A stretch of DNA of 64,000 bases from Candidatus Bathyarchaeia archaeon. GTDB taxonomy: Archaea > Thermoproteota > Bathyarchaeia > 40CM-2-53-6. A model generated the notes under the pieces. The model was not told where the DNA came from, ran no database searches, and saw nothing but the letters and a program-made list of their open reading frames with translations. Shown in pieces: positions 1-10,166 of the stretch (positions are counted from its first letter, which is position 1; each line of letters starts with the position of its first letter). Location: the NCBI GenBank assembly GCA_050013255.1, contig JBEKFP010000002.1, positions 416,001 through 480,000 of the forward strand, written 5' to 3'. The position numbers and the translations under genes are program-made.

Positions 1-2
1 TC

Positions 3-1541
3 TCACCCGCCGTGGCCCAGCATATGGTGCGCGCGCGCCCAAGTGCGCCATTTTGATGCCTCATCCGTTTCATGCGCAGGGGGACGCGCGGGGTTCCCCA
101 GCCTGCACGTGGCTGCAGCTACCGCCGCGAATTTTTCTAACCTGAGTAGGTTCGAGTTCAATTGTGGTAATATGCTGTTCAGGTAGGTTGTGTCGAAGTT
201 TCCTTGGATGAAACCTTCGTCGTGCATCAATAGCTTATGCAAGGGTATTGTCGTCGGCACGCCAGCTATCTCAATCTCATCCAGCGCGACTCTCATGCGT
301 TGAATCGCCTCCTCGCGGCCTCTTCCCCGAGTGGCCAGTTTCGCAACCATTGAGTCGTAGTATTCGGGAATAGTGTAACCTGAGAATAGTGCTGAATCAA
401 CACGAACACCCGGCCCTGTAGGGGGGTGATAATGAATTACGGTGCCCGGTGAGGGAGCGAAATTTCTGGGATCCTCAGCATTTATTCGGCAATTGATTGC
501 CCACCCGTTAATGTGAATTTCATTCTGGGAGAGTTCGAGTGATGATGTGGTTGCGATCTTCAATTGTTCTTCTACGAGGTCGATGTTAGTCGTCATCTCG
601 GTTACGAGATGTTCGACTTGAAGGCGTTTGTTCACTTCGAGGAAATAGAATTCTCCGGACTTGGCAAGTAGAAACTCAACCGTCCCTGCATTTGTGTATC
701 CGGCTGCCGACAGGCCCTTCTTGGCTGCTTCATTTAGCCGCTGCCTAAGGCCTTCGCTAACTGCAACCGAAGGGGCTTCTTCAAGGAGCTTCTGGTGCCT
801 ACGCTGTATGCTGCATTCACGTTCGCCTAGACTGACGACTTTCCCATGTTTATCGCATAATGCTTGAATCTCAACGTGACGGGGGCTGGCCAGTCTTTTC
901 TCAATGTAGATGTCGCCCCTCCCGAAAGCTGAGAGTGATTCGAGTTTTGTCACCCGAAAGAATCTGCGGGTTTCGTCACTGTTTTTCGCAATCCTCATTC
1001 CCCTGCCGCCACCGCCGTAGACCGCCTTCAATATGACCGGGTATCCGATGTCCTCAGCTACCCTTACTGCCTCGTCCCCGTCGTTCACCGTTCCGTCGGA
1101 ACCAGGGATCACAGGGACCCCAGCCTGACGCATAGTCTCTCTCGCTGACAATTTGTTTCCCAGCTTTTCCAGGGCCTTGCTGGACGGGCCGATGAATGTG
1201 AGGCCGTTCTCTTCGCAAGCCTTAACGAAAGAACTTTCTTCAGACAGAAAACCGTACCCCGGGTGAACGGCATCGCAACCTGTCTTGAGAGCAGCGTGCA
1301 CAAGCTTTTCGATATTCAAGTAGCTCTCCGTAGGTGTCGCCCCCCCGAGGGCGTACCTTTCATCCGCGTAGCGCAGGGGCAGTGAATCTCGGTCTGGGTC
1401 CGAGTACGTTTGAACTGTGCGAACGCCGAGCTTGCGGCACGTTCTGATAATTCTAAGCGCGATTTCGCCCCTGTTGGCGATTAGCAATTTCAAAAGCCTG
1501 GCAACCTCACTGATTCGTGGGCTTGCAAGCTGTGGCTCCAA
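3..1541 (-). CDS. accC: Biotin carboxylase subunit of acetyl/propionyl-CoA carboxylase
   Basis: KLLIANRGEIA, HPGYGFLSE, GGGGRGMR, ERECSIQRRHQK, RLQVEH and YYDSMVAKL motifs; true start probably ~1490-1500. Confidence 0.93.
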   Translation of the reverse strand: MEPQLASPRISEVARLLKLLIANRGEIALRIIRTCRKLGVRTVQTYSDPDRDSLPLRYADERYALGGATPTESYLNIEKLVHAALKTGCDAVHPGYGFLSEESSFVKACEENGLTFIGPSSKALEKLGNKLSARETMRQAGVPVIPGSDGTVNDGDEAVRVAEDIGYPVILKAVYGGGGRGMRIAKNSDETRRFFRVTKLESLSAFGRGDIYIEKRLASPRHVEIQALCDKHGKVVSLGERECSIQRRHQKLLEEAPSVAVSEGLRQRLNEAAKKGLSAAGYTNAGTVEFLLAKSGEFYFLEVNKRLQVEHLVTEMTTNIDLVEEQLKIATTSSLELSQNEIHINGWAINCRINAEDPRNFAPSPGTVIHYHPPTGPGVRVDSALFSGYTIPEYYDSMVAKLATRGRGREEAIQRMRVALDEIEIAGVPTTIPLHKLLMHDEGFIQGNFDTTYLNSILPQLNSNLLRLEKFAAVAAATCRLGNPARPPAHETDEASKWRTWARAHHMLGHGG

Positions 1542-1556
1542 GGTTGAGTCGTGGAG

Positions 1557-3119
1557 TTAGAGGGGTGGGTTGCCGTGTTTCCTTGGTGGCTTGAGTTCGC
1601 GCTTGTTCATGGAGGCTTCCAATGCGCGTATGAGCCGAGGTCGTGTTTCTTGTGGTTCGATTACATCATCGATGTACCCGCGTTCCGCGGCCACGTATGG
1701 GTTGGCAAATCGTTCACGGTAATCCTCCACTAGCCTGTTGACCACTTGGGGATTTGCGTCTTCTGCAATTTTCTTCCTGTAGATTATTTTGATGGCGCCT
1801 TCGGGGCCCATTACGGCTATCTCAGCGGTCGGCCATGCGAAATTGAAGTCTGCCCGGATGTGCTTGCTCCCAAGGACGTCATACGCACCCCCGTATGCTT
1901 TGCGTATGATGACCGTTATTTTCGGTACAGTGGCCTCACAATAGGCGTACAACAGTTTAGCTCCGTTTTTGATGATTCCTGAGTGCTCTTGATCGATACC
2001 GGGAAGAAAGCCTGGCACGTCAACGAATGTTAGAATTGGGATGTTGAATGCGTCGCAGAATCTTATGAATCGAGCTGCCTTCATAGATGATTGGTTATCC
2101 AATGCTCCCGCGTAATGTTTAGGTTGGTTTGCGACGATGCCAACGCTCCGACCGTCCAAGCGTCCGAACCCTACGACAATGTTCCGTGCCCACTGTGCCT
2201 GCACTTCCAGAAAGGTTCCGGTATCGATGACTCTCCGAATGATCTCGTTCATGTCATATGGCCGGTCCCGATCTGATGGAACGATTGAGGCGAGTTCATG
2301 ATCCATTCTTTCCGGGTCATCGCCCATCTTTACGACGGGTGGGTCGTCGAGGTTATTCTGTGGCAGATAGGAGAGCAATGCTTTGACCGTTTGTATCGCG
2401 GCGGGTTCATCTGCGGCGAAGAAGTGGCAAACGCCTGAAAGTTGACTGTGGGCTGATGCGCCGCCTAAGGCCTCGAAGGTTACGTCTTCATTGAGCACCG
2501 ACTTGACCACATCGGGGCCAGTTACGAACATGTAACTAGTTTTGTCGACCATGACTACGAAGTCCGTAAGTGCAGGAGAATAAACTGCGCCACCAGCGCA
2601 TGGGCCCATTATTGCTGAAATTTGCGGGACGACGCCGCTTGCTTGGACGTTTCGATGGAATATTTCCGCGTAGCCTCCAAGGCTCACAACGCCTTCCTGA
2701 ATTCTTGCTCCGCCAGAATCGTTCAACCCGATTATTGGCACGCCTACCTTGATGGCGTGGTCCATGACCTTGCAAACCTTCATTGCGAATGTTTCACCCA
2801 GGGATCCCCCGAATACTGTGAAATCGTGGGCGAACACGTAGACGGTGCGGCCGTCTATCTTTCCGTGGCCTGTGACGACCCCGTCGCCTAGAACTCTACG
2901 GTCCTCCATTCCAGGTGCGACGTTCGGAGTTGTTGCGAACCGGTCGAGTTCGACGAAACTGCCCGGGTCGAGGAGAAGGTCGATTCTTTCGCGGGCCGTA
3001 AGTTTTCCCTTTGCATGCTGCTCGTCGACGCGTTCTTTTCCGCCCCCGAGGGCGGCTTTCTTCCTCAGTTCACGCAGTTGATCGATTTTTGTTTTAATTT
3101 TAGAATCGGGTTCTTTCAA
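1557..3119 (-). CDS. pccB: Acyl-CoA carboxylase carboxyltransferase subunit (PccB-like)
   Basis: [58 protein letters not shown]. Confidence 0.92.
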   Translation of the reverse strand: MKEPDSKIKTKIDQLRELRKKAALGGGKERVDEQHAKGKLTARERIDLLLDPGSFVELDRFATTPNVAPGMEDRRVLGDGVVTGHGKIDGRTVYVFAHDFTVFGGSLGETFAMKVCKVMDHAIKVGVPIIGLNDSGGARIQEGVVSLGGYAEIFHRNVQASGVVPQISAIMGPCAGGAVYSPALTDFVVMVDKTSYMFVTGPDVVKSVLNEDVTFEALGGASAHSQLSGVCHFFAADEPAAIQTVKALLSYLPQNNLDDPPVVKMGDDPERMDHELASIVPSDRDRPYDMNEIIRRVIDTGTFLEVQAQWARNIVVGFGRLDGRSVGIVANQPKHYAGALDNQSSMKAARFIRFCDAFNIPILTFVDVPGFLPGIDQEHSGIIKNGAKLLYAYCEATVPKITVIIRKAYGGAYDVLGSKHIRADFNFAWPTAEIAVMGPEGAIKIIYRKKIAEDANPQVVNRLVEDYRERFANPYVAAERGYIDDVIEPQETRPRLIRALEASMNKRELKPPRKHGNPPL

Positions 3120-3201
3120 TGTTCGTCGACCAAGTTTCGGTACGGGAGTTACTATTCAGCCGGCTTATCGCTTATTAGTCTGTGGCAGAGCGTGCAGCAG
3201 T

Positions 3202-4023
3202 TCAGAAGTCGGGATACTCCACGCCGACCACGGAACTTGTTTCAACCTGACGAATGGGACCCGGAACTGTTTTGATTCGAACTCGGGTGAATGATTCGTA
3301 GCCAGCCATGATTCCGGAGATTTCTTCGCCCTGGACTTTGATTCTTACTTGTCTTCCACGTGAGCAATCTAGTTCCTGCAGCAACACCTTTGCATCGTTT
3401 AGGTTGGAGGATGCTAGTTCGTAGACGTTCTCTATTTCCAGGAGGAGCAGGGCGATTATTGCTTCCCTGTCGACGGGTGAGCCGAGAAGGTCCTCGAGTG
3501 AGGTCGCTTTTGAGCTAAGCTCAGCTAGCGTGGTTGAGTGAAAGTTGGCGTTGATTCCTACGCCTAGAAGAGCATATTCTAATCGATTCCCTTTGAATTT
3601 GGTTTCAGCTAAGACGCCTGCGAGTTTACGGCCGCCAACAAAGATGTCGTTAGGCCAACGCACGCGCGCCTTGACGCCTAGGCTGGAGTTGATGGTGTTG
3701 GCTGCAGCTAGCGCGGCGATTATGGGTAGGGCGTTCAAAGGGTCGAGTGTTAAAGGTGGGCGGAGCAGGGTCGTCAACCAAATTCCGCCCCTCGGGGAAA
3801 ACCAAGGGCGGCCCTGGCGGCCACGGCCCGCGGTCTGTTCCTCGGAGAGAACAGTGTAACCGTGGGGGGCACCAGCGTTGGCGTGTTGTGCGGCCACATC
3901 GTTCGTCGAGGTGCACTTGTCAAGAATCTCCAGCCGTCGGCCTAACTGTTTCGTTCTCAGTTTTCTAAGGACTGAGTCACGGTCAAGGTTCGGAATGGGT
4001 CTCAAGCGGCGCATTTCCCACAA
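3202..4023 (-). CDS. birA: Biotin--[acetyl-CoA-carboxylase] ligase
   Basis: STND, EEQTAGRGRQGRPWFSP, RWPND, RKLAGVL, GVGIN; no N-terminal HTH. Confidence 0.93.
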   Translation of the reverse strand: MWEMRRLRPIPNLDRDSVLRKLRTKQLGRRLEILDKCTSTNDVAAQHANAGAPHGYTVLSEEQTAGRGRQGRPWFSPRGGIWLTTLLRPPLTLDPLNALPIIAALAAANTINSSLGVKARVRWPNDIFVGGRKLAGVLAETKFKGNRLEYALLGVGINANFHSTTLAELSSKATSLEDLLGSPVDREAIIALLLLEIENVYELASSNLNDAKVLLQELDCSRGRQVRIKVQGEEISGIMAGYESFTRVRIKTVPGPIRQVETSSVVGVEYPDF

Positions 4024-4305
4024 GCCATCGTTGTTAACGGCTCCAGAGTATCACAATGAGTTCAGCAGAAGATGACTCCTCTTTTACGCTTTTGAGGGAT
4101 ATTTCCTCACCCCGCACTCGGGACATGAAGCTCCTGAACGATGCTGACATCGGTAAGGTACACGCCTATGCACATCTCCCTGAAACAGTTTGGCGTATAG
4201 GGATTAAGCGGTCGCAAAGTGGGCGTGAAGCAGCCTTCTCCAGTTCTTTCGCAAGCGTTGAATCAAGGTCCCCGCTGGCATACCGTAGATGTTCGACAGA
4301 TTTAT

Positions 4306-4324
4306 GTTATACATCACGTATAGC
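4306..4324. promoter_or_regulatory. Probable TA operator (inverted repeat GTTATAC-N5-GTATAGC) next to a TATA-like TTTATG
   Basis: Near-perfect palindrome ending 16 nt upstream of the antitoxin ATG at 4341. Confidence 0.5.
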
Positions 4325-4340
4325 GTGGTTGGGCTTGTGG

Positions 4341-4610
4341 ATGACCGTTATCCCCATCAGATTGACCCGTAAGGATGCGAGGAAACTCGACCTACTAGTC
4401 AAACTAGGCATCTATCAAAGCAGGACGGAGGCGATAAGGTCCATGGTCAACGCCAAAGCCGACGAGCAGGTGACTCAGCATCTCGCCAACGAGAAAACCC
4501 TGCGAGTCTTGAAGAGGCTCTTAGAGTATGAGGGGAAGGAGGGCAAGAACCCCTTGCGCATATTGTCGGACAAGACTGCCGTAGAGATTGTGGCCGAGGG
4601 TAGGGAGTGA
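4341..4610 (+). CDS. Ribbon-helix-helix antitoxin
   Basis: MTVIPIRL...LDLLVKLGIYQSRTEAIR RHH pattern; overlaps the PIN gene; real start is 4341 rather than the track's 4056. Confidence 0.85.
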   Translation: MTVIPIRLTRKDARKLDLLVKLGIYQSRTEAIRSMVNAKADEQVTQHLANEKTLRVLKRLLEYEGKEGKNPLRILSDKTAVEIVAEGRE

Positions 4611-5149
4611 TGGCATGCTACTTGGACACAAACGTCATAGTTACTAGATACCTTCCAGCCGACCCCAACTTCCCCGCCGTCAACACGTTCTTCAAGAAAT
4701 CCCATGAAGCGAAGTATGGCTCCGAAATATCCGTTCTTGAATTGTACTGCGTATTCTCACGTCTGATTAAAGGTGGGGCGGTCTCTGTCGTCGATTACGC
4801 CAGCGAGTTCGAAAGCCTCAATGTTGACGAGAAGGTTAGAGTTTCAGTTGAACACGCCATTCAAACGTGGCGCTTGAGAGTGACCGTGCCCGAAATATCC
4901 TTCACCAAACTGCAGATTTCCAAGCAAGCAATCCAAATGGACCATCGGCTCTTTGAGGCAATCCGGGTTTCAAGCAAGCTCGGCCTTAAGACGCTTGACA
5001 CACTCCACATAGCCTTCGCGAGTACCCTAAGAGAAATCGCAATAGACCTAGAGACTTTCATAACTCTGGATGCAGAGATAATTTCTAAGCGAGAAGATAT
5101 TGAAAGCGAATTCGGAATTCAAGTAGCCAGTCCAGCTCCCGAGGCGTGA
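4607..5149 (+). CDS. vapC: PIN-domain (VapC-like) toxin
   Basis: YLDTNVIV, LELY, LKTLDTLHIA, FITLD. Confidence 0.88.
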   Translation: MMACYLDTNVIVTRYLPADPNFPAVNTFFKKSHEAKYGSEISVLELYCVFSRLIKGGAVSVVDYASEFESLNVDEKVRVSVEHAIQTWRLRVTVPEISFTKLQISKQAIQMDHRLFEAIRVSSKLGLKTLDTLHIAFASTLREIAIDLETFITLDAEIISKREDIESEFGIQVASPAPEA

Positions 5150-5430
5150 AGCCAATGAATAAGACTACCAGAGGCGAGTGGAATTCCTTGCGCTCGGTTC
5201 TGCAGGTTAAGCGAAGCGATTGGGAGGCCTTCCTTAAGGAGTTCTCCGAATTCGCTAAGAAGTATGAACTCGTCCTTCGCAGGTTGGATTTGGCTGAGGG
5301 GAAGCGTAAGGCGCAAGACCAGAGCGTGAACCAGCAAGTGAAGACGGCTAGGAAAACCATGGGCCGGGTTCAGTCCGCGATTGAAAAACTCTGTAAGGAA
5401 ACAGAGGATGCATTACATGCCACAGGATGA
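5146..5430 (+). CDS. Small coiled-coil protein
   Basis: Heptad-rich; shares the VxRxDWExF motif with the next two genes. Confidence 0.6.
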   Translation: MKPMNKTTRGEWNSLRSVLQVKRSDWEAFLKEFSEFAKKYELVLRRLDLAEGKRKAQDQSVNQQVKTARKTMGRVQSAIEKLCKETEDALHATG

Positions 5431-5767
5431 GGAGAAACCTAAAGCCGAACTGTCAATCGCACGAGAGGACTGGGAACGCCTCGTATCCTCCCTAGAGAGA
5501 TTGATGGCACTCCAACGGAAAACCCTTCAGAGGTTGAAGGAATTGAACAGACGAAACGAAGTGCTGAGCCGGAAACTTCGAAAACCCACCTCCGCTGCTA
5601 GTCGTTCAAAACCCGCGCCGCATCACCGCATCGAGGTAACAGGTGAACTGGGGAGGGCACGCGTAGAGCCGGAGCGGGAGATAGCCGCGGCAAGGTTGAA
5701 GTGTTTATGCGGGCGTGAGCTGGCTTCTGGGGCTAAGTTCTGCGACCGGTGCGGCCGCAGCGTATGA
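5416..5767 (+). CDS. Coiled-coil protein with C-terminal zinc ribbon
   Basis: CLCG...AKFCDRCG zinc ribbon; likely start MPQDEEK. Confidence 0.7.
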
Positions 5768-5769
5768 CG

Positions 5770-6048
5770 TTACTTTGGAACTCGTTTGTCCGTTTCCCGA
5801 ATAAGCCGAGTGATGGTTTCCCGCGTTTTCCGGAGCGAATCATCCATCTGACGCGAACTAGCTCCCATGTTTGCTTCCAGAGACTCAACCTTAGCCTTGG
5901 AGGCTTCACGGTCCTCCTGTAATTGCTTGTTAACCTTCTCAAGCTCATCGATTCTCTTGACGAGTTGTTGGCACCGATCCATGAGGGATTGGTTGTCCGC
6001 GAGAAAGGCCTCGAACTCTTTTCGGTCGACTGTGATGCGTTCAGACAT
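5770..6048 (-). CDS. Small coiled-coil protein
   Basis: ITVDRKEFEAFL followed by long heptad repeats. Confidence 0.72.
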   Translation of the reverse strand: MSERITVDRKEFEAFLADNQSLMDRCQQLVKRIDELEKVNKQLQEDREASKAKVESLEANMGASSRQMDDSLRKTRETITRLIRETDKRVPK

Positions 6049-6083
6049 GAGTAAGACTTGGCCCTTGATTGCAATCGTAGTAT

Positions 6084-6470
6084 TTGAGCGATTTCGGCTG
6101 GGGATTTGCGTTTGGCCGATATTCTGAATTGAGAGGTAGAAGTTATATGTCGGGTCTACTGGTTTGCCGTACTTGTGAATATTGGATGTATGTTCTAGAA
6201 GAAAAGCCGGAGCCTAATAGAACACGGGTTGAGATACTTGCGAAGATTCTGCAGGTTGCCTCGAATAGCACGCTCAAGACGCACATCATGTACAAGGCGA
6301 ACCTGAGCCACCGCCAGCTAGAGAAGTACCTGGCTTTGCTCCAGGAAAAGGGGCTGTTGGAACAGGTTGTTTTGGAGGATGGGACGAGGTACCGTGCGAC
6401 TCCGAAGGCTTACGAGTTTCTGAAGGATTACGAACGGCTAAATAGCCATCTCATAGCGGTTGCTACTTGA
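6084..6470 (+). CDS. Winged helix-turn-helix regulator (ArnR1-like archaeal family)
   Basis: RTRVEILAKIL..KTHIMYKANLS..LEKYL..YRATPKA; real start probably ~6186. Confidence 0.85.
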   Translation: MSDFGWGFAFGRYSELRGRSYMSGLLVCRTCEYWMYVLEEKPEPNRTRVEILAKILQVASNSTLKTHIMYKANLSHRQLEKYLALLQEKGLLEQVVLEDGTRYRATPKAYEFLKDYERLNSHLIAVAT

Positions 6471-6583
6471 GAGTATGTGGATTTCATCAGCTGAACGAGG
6501 ACGGGCACGGTCGCAGTTGACAGATGTTTGTCAATAATTGTCCGGTTGATGTGCAGGAAAGTTAAGGATTAATGTTCTAGAAC

Positions 6584-6964
6584 ATGTATCCACAACATCC
6601 ATCATATCCCTGCCGACCTCATGTAAACGGAAGACGTGTGACTGAACTATTGAGCAAAGGTAAACGCCAGTACAGAGGACAGTTAGAGATCACAGCGAAC
6701 ATACTCGAAATCACCAAGCCCGGCTCGCGAAAAACCAATATAATGTACCAAGGCAACCTGAGCTTCGACCTCACCCAAAAATACCTGAAACAACTCGAAG
6801 ATATGCAGCTAATCGAAGTTAAGAAGAGCAACGGGGACAAAGTGTACACGATCACGGCGAAGGGCGAACAATTCCTCGCAGACTTCTACGAACTACAGAA
6901 ACACAGCGAAATTGCCGATAATAAGAAACGCGAGCTAAAGGGTGCGCTCGCGGCACGACCTTAG
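6584..6964 (+). CDS. Winged helix-turn-helix regulator (ArnR1-like archaeal family)
   Basis: YRGQLEITANIL..RKTNIMYQGNLS..YTITAKGEQFL. Confidence 0.87.
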   Translation: MYPQHPSYPCRPHVNGRRVTELLSKGKRQYRGQLEITANILEITKPGSRKTNIMYQGNLSFDLTQKYLKQLEDMQLIEVKKSNGDKVYTITAKGEQFLADFYELQKHSEIADNKKRELKGALAARP

Positions 6965-7035
6965 CAACGCCTAGTGCGAAGATCATTAACTTCGCCAACG
7001 GCATCACCCTCCTCACATAAATTCGGCAACGCGTC

Positions 7036-7452
7036 ATGATTACGGATGAGGTCGCAATGGCTTTGGGAGAAGTTGCGGGGGGCCCCGATGAAGTTCTGCG
7101 GTCGCTCGGATTTACCGCTGATGAGAGCCAAGCCCTAATCAAGCGGATTGAGGATCGACAGGTTGAACGCACGCGTCGAGTGTACACTAGCCTTAAGACT
7201 TCATCCAATAAACTTCGGCGAGTAAGTATCGTTTTGTGGGGTTACAGTTTCGGAGTTTGGCTCTACGTGATAGCCATGCAACTCCGCTACCCAGAATCCC
7301 CCTACTGGCCTTTCGCTGTTTGGATACCCATCCGCCTGGATTACATAGGTGAACTAGCATTCTTCCTATCTTTCATCTTCGGAATCTTCGCGATAACCTG
7401 GACCACCCGAGAGGTACGCAACATCAGACGAATCAGAGACGAAATTGCCTGA
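7036..7452 (+). CDS. Small membrane protein (WLYV-Q-P...RLD-G family)
   Basis: Two TM helices; C-terminal half homologous to 60860..61117. Confidence 0.7.
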   Translation: MITDEVAMALGEVAGGPDEVLRSLGFTADESQALIKRIEDRQVERTRRVYTSLKTSSNKLRRVSIVLWGYSFGVWLYVIAMQLRYPESPYWPFAVWIPIRLDYIGELAFFLSFIFGIFAITWTTREVRNIRRIRDEIA

Positions 7453-7460
7453 AGCCGGGG

Positions 7461-7536
7461 CGAACTACAGAAACACAGCGAAATCGCAGACAGCAAGAAA
7501 CGGGTTCTCGAAGGCGCATTAAGCAGACACAACTAA
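7461..7536 (+). pseudogene. Orphan 3' fragment of a winged-helix gene
   Basis: First 24 bp identical to 6889-6912; reads ELQKHSEIADSKKRVLEGALSRHN* versus ELQKHSEIADNKKRELKGALAARP*. Confidence 0.85.
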
Positions 7537-7661
7537 GTAGGCAGGTTCGTAGCTGGACGAGAAGGAAGGCGGATTTATCGGAGAATTCGTTTAGGATTTT
7601 TCTGGGTGCGTGAGAGGAGGCAGTTTACCGAGGCGTGCGCGCACGCTTGGAGGGACCCCCC

Positions 7662-7888
7662 AGGGGGGTGGTGCATTTTTTGGGGTCAAGAGGGGTTGAT
7701 TTTGCGGTTTTGGGAAACGGTTTTGGTTCACGCCTTGTCGGCCTTTCGAAGTGGATTTCGGGTTGTTTCCCCAAAAAAGTTGAGTCTGTAGTCTAGGTTT
7801 GAAGCCTCCTTTCCCGCTGTGCTATCTGTTGGAGCCAATTGGTTCACGTAGTCGACCAGCGTTCTTGGCACCGTTTGGCACCACCCCT
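7662..7888. mobile_element. MITE-like repeat, G-rich family, copy 1
   Basis: Ends AGGGGGGTGGTGC...GCACCACCCCT are inverted; both ends shared with 9127-9325; no TSD seen. Confidence 0.6.
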
Positions 7889-7969
7889 TGATGGGTGGAT
7901 CCACCCTAGGATGGACCGCTGCAAGCTGAGACGAAGGGCGTTACGTGGTTGTGTTAGCCTTTGCCTTCT

Positions 7970-8046
7970 GGGGGGGTGGGTGGTGTAATTTTGTGGGGAG
8001 AACATGTTACTTTATTGATGGCTTCTCAAACCGTGCAGAGCCAAGA
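7970..8046 (+). repeat. Internally deleted copy of 14062-14275
   Basis: GGGTGGTG(T/C)AATTTTGT..AACATGTTACTTT joined directly to TTGATGGCTTC.CAAA.CGTGCAGAGCCA. Confidence 0.75.
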
Positions 8047-8084
8047 CGTAAATTGCAGCACACACATACACACACAGACCGACC

Positions 8085-8318
8085 ATGGGGACCAAGAATA
8101 TAGCCGTTTCCGACGAGGCGTACCAGATGCTCAAGGCGCTCAAGAGGCCTAGTGAAAGCTTCACGGACGTTATTGAGAGAATAACCCGCGGAAGCGCGGT
8201 TCTGGACCTGGCAGGAATTGTGTCCAAAACAGAGGCCGCAAGCATCGAGAAACGCGTCAAGAACATCAGAAGGCAAAGCTCTCAACGAATCCTTAGCACG
8301 GCTGAAGGGCTGAAGTAG
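8085..8318 (+). CDS. vapB: Archaeal VapB-family antitoxin
   Basis: TKNIAVSDEAYQMLKALKRPSESFTDVIERI. Confidence 0.9.
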   Translation: MGTKNIAVSDEAYQMLKALKRPSESFTDVIERITRGSAVLDLAGIVSKTEAASIEKRVKNIRRQSSQRILSTAEGLK

Positions 8319-8320
8319 AC

Positions 8321-8713
8321 TTGCTCGCCGACACGACCTTCATAATTGATGTAATGAGGAACGATACAAGTGCGGTTCGAAAAGCTGAGGATCTATCAGG
8401 CGGTTCAGTCGCCATCATGGTAGGAACACCGACCGTTTTTGAACTGTACGTCGGAGTGGGTTTGAGTGTGAGGTCTGCTGAGGAGAGGGAAAGGGTACTT
8501 GGTATACTCAGGTCGCTTCCCCACTTATCCTTGGACGTCGCCTCGGCATCCAAAGCGGGAATGATTTACGCCCAACGTGTCAAAGAGAAAACTAAGATTG
8601 ACCCCGAAGACGCTATGCTGGCGGGTATAGCGATCCAAAACAATGAGCCTCTGCTAACTCGAAACAGAAAGGATTTCGCAGGAATACCTGAACTGAAGGT
8701 CGAAACGTACTAG
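8321..8713 (+). CDS. vapC: VapC toxin
   Basis: ADTTFIID, VFELYVG, DAMLAGIA, LLTRNRKDF. Confidence 0.92.
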   Translation: MLADTTFIIDVMRNDTSAVRKAEDLSGGSVAIMVGTPTVFELYVGVGLSVRSAEERERVLGILRSLPHLSLDVASASKAGMIYAQRVKEKTKIDPEDAMLAGIAIQNNEPLLTRNRKDFAGIPELKVETY

Positions 8714-9126
8714 GGAAAAAGAAAATCGTCAAGAAGTGGAAGCAGAGGAAACACGAAACCGGCAAACACCAAGTCCACGCGATAAAAAGGGTACGCTGAA
8801 TCATTATGGTCCAACGGATTCACTACGCCGCGTGAATGCGGATTTCAAGATAAGATCCGCATTAGAAGAATGGTTCCCGTAAAGAGTGTTGACGTCCCTC
8901 GACCACGCTCTCTCCTGCGTGAACTGAAGCGGGAAGAGAAGGGGTACCAGAAAGTAGTGAACATGGCGCAGGCGAAACACGCCAGAAAAGCCACACAAAA
9001 CAACTAACCCGCGGTGGGTGGATGCCCCCTAATGTTCGGGGGGTCACCCCTTGCCATCTTTGAGGCACCCGGTGGTAGGGTGTTATACATTCTGGGTTTA
9101 TCGCGCGCACGCTTGATAAGGGGGAT

Positions 9127-9325
9127 AGGGGGGTGGTGCATTTTTTGGCGTCAAGAGGGGCTGATTTTGGGTTTTTTTCTGCCTGAACTGAGGTGGCAAA
9201 TGGTTACACTCACTCATCGGGTGTATGCACCCCGGAAAATCGACTGGGCAATAGCTGTAATCACGTTACTAAGGAACGGTTCCCCTACTCAACCAGCACT
9301 CTTGGCACCGTTTGGCACCACCCCT
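9127..9325. mobile_element. MITE-like repeat, G-rich family, copy 2
   Basis: 26-bp right end TCTTGGCACCGTTTGGCACCACCCCT identical to 7863-7888; left ~45 bp nearly identical to copy 1. Confidence 0.6.
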
Positions 9326-9383
9326 GCGGCATTGTCCGCGACAAAGGAAGAGCTGTTCGAATCGTCGTTCAACTTAGACATAT

Positions 9384-9818
9384 TCACTTGTCTTTAAGAT
9401 CCCGCAAGTGCATCGTCGGAACTTCCTTTGAGGCTTTCTCGTAGAATGCGTCGTCAGCCGTTAGGAGGGTCGCTCCCGTCTTCTCTGAAGCCTTCACATA
9501 GACGCTATCGTAGTAAGTCACGTCGTTCTTCATTGCCCAAGTTAGTGCCCCCAAAGATTCTTGCTCATCCAATTCAACGCAGTCCAGTTTGAGCTTGATG
9601 AACTGTGAGAACTTCCGTGACGCTTCGTGAGCGTCGATCACTTGCTGCTTGACAGCCTTCCAGAGAGCGTTCCCAACCTCGTAATTCACAACCCCAGGTG
9701 CCTTCAGCTCGATCGCATCCTCGTGGAACTTCTGAAGAAGCAAATCCGCCTTTTCCGAGAGTTCCTCAAACAGCAGGAATCTTGCCGCCACGGAAGCATC
9801 TACAACATACACCCTCAA
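9384..9818 (-). CDS. vapC: VapC toxin
   Basis: VVDASVAAR, YEVGNALWK, VTYYDSVY, LLTADD. Confidence 0.92.
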   Translation of the reverse strand: MRVYVVDASVAARFLLFEELSEKADLLLQKFHEDAIELKAPGVVNYEVGNALWKAVKQQVIDAHEASRKFSQFIKLKLDCVELDEQESLGALTWAMKNDVTYYDSVYVKASEKTGATLLTADDAFYEKASKEVPTMHLRDLKDK

Positions 9819-10057
9819 CGGGTCTTCCTCGCTTCCCGAATTGTCTGATTTATGAATCCTCTTGGCGCGACATGCTTGCGCTTGCGAATGTCCTCAAGAA
9901 GTTCCTGCGCAGCTTTCTTCCGTTCCTCTCGCTCAATCCTCTCCGCAATCGATTCGCGAATATACCGAGACCAGTTGATAGTGACCTCACTCATCCTCTT
10001 TCTCAGCCTATCGTCGACCTTCACAGTAATCGTCCGCACGAATGACACTACCAGCAA
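9815..10057 (-). CDS. RHH/VapB-type antitoxin
   Basis: TITVKVDDRLRKRM..INWSRYIRESI; overlaps the vapC start. Confidence 0.85.
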   Translation of the reverse strand: MLVVSFVRTITVKVDDRLRKRMSEVTINWSRYIRESIAERIEREERKKAAQELLEDIRKRKHVAPRGFINQTIREARKTR

Positions 10058-10166
10058 GCATTACCCCAGTACACCCTAAAAGGCTTACTTTAGAACGGAT
10101 TTGAGCAAGAAACCCCACATGCTTCAGCGGTGGGATGAATTGCCATTCATGCAATACTAGAGAATC

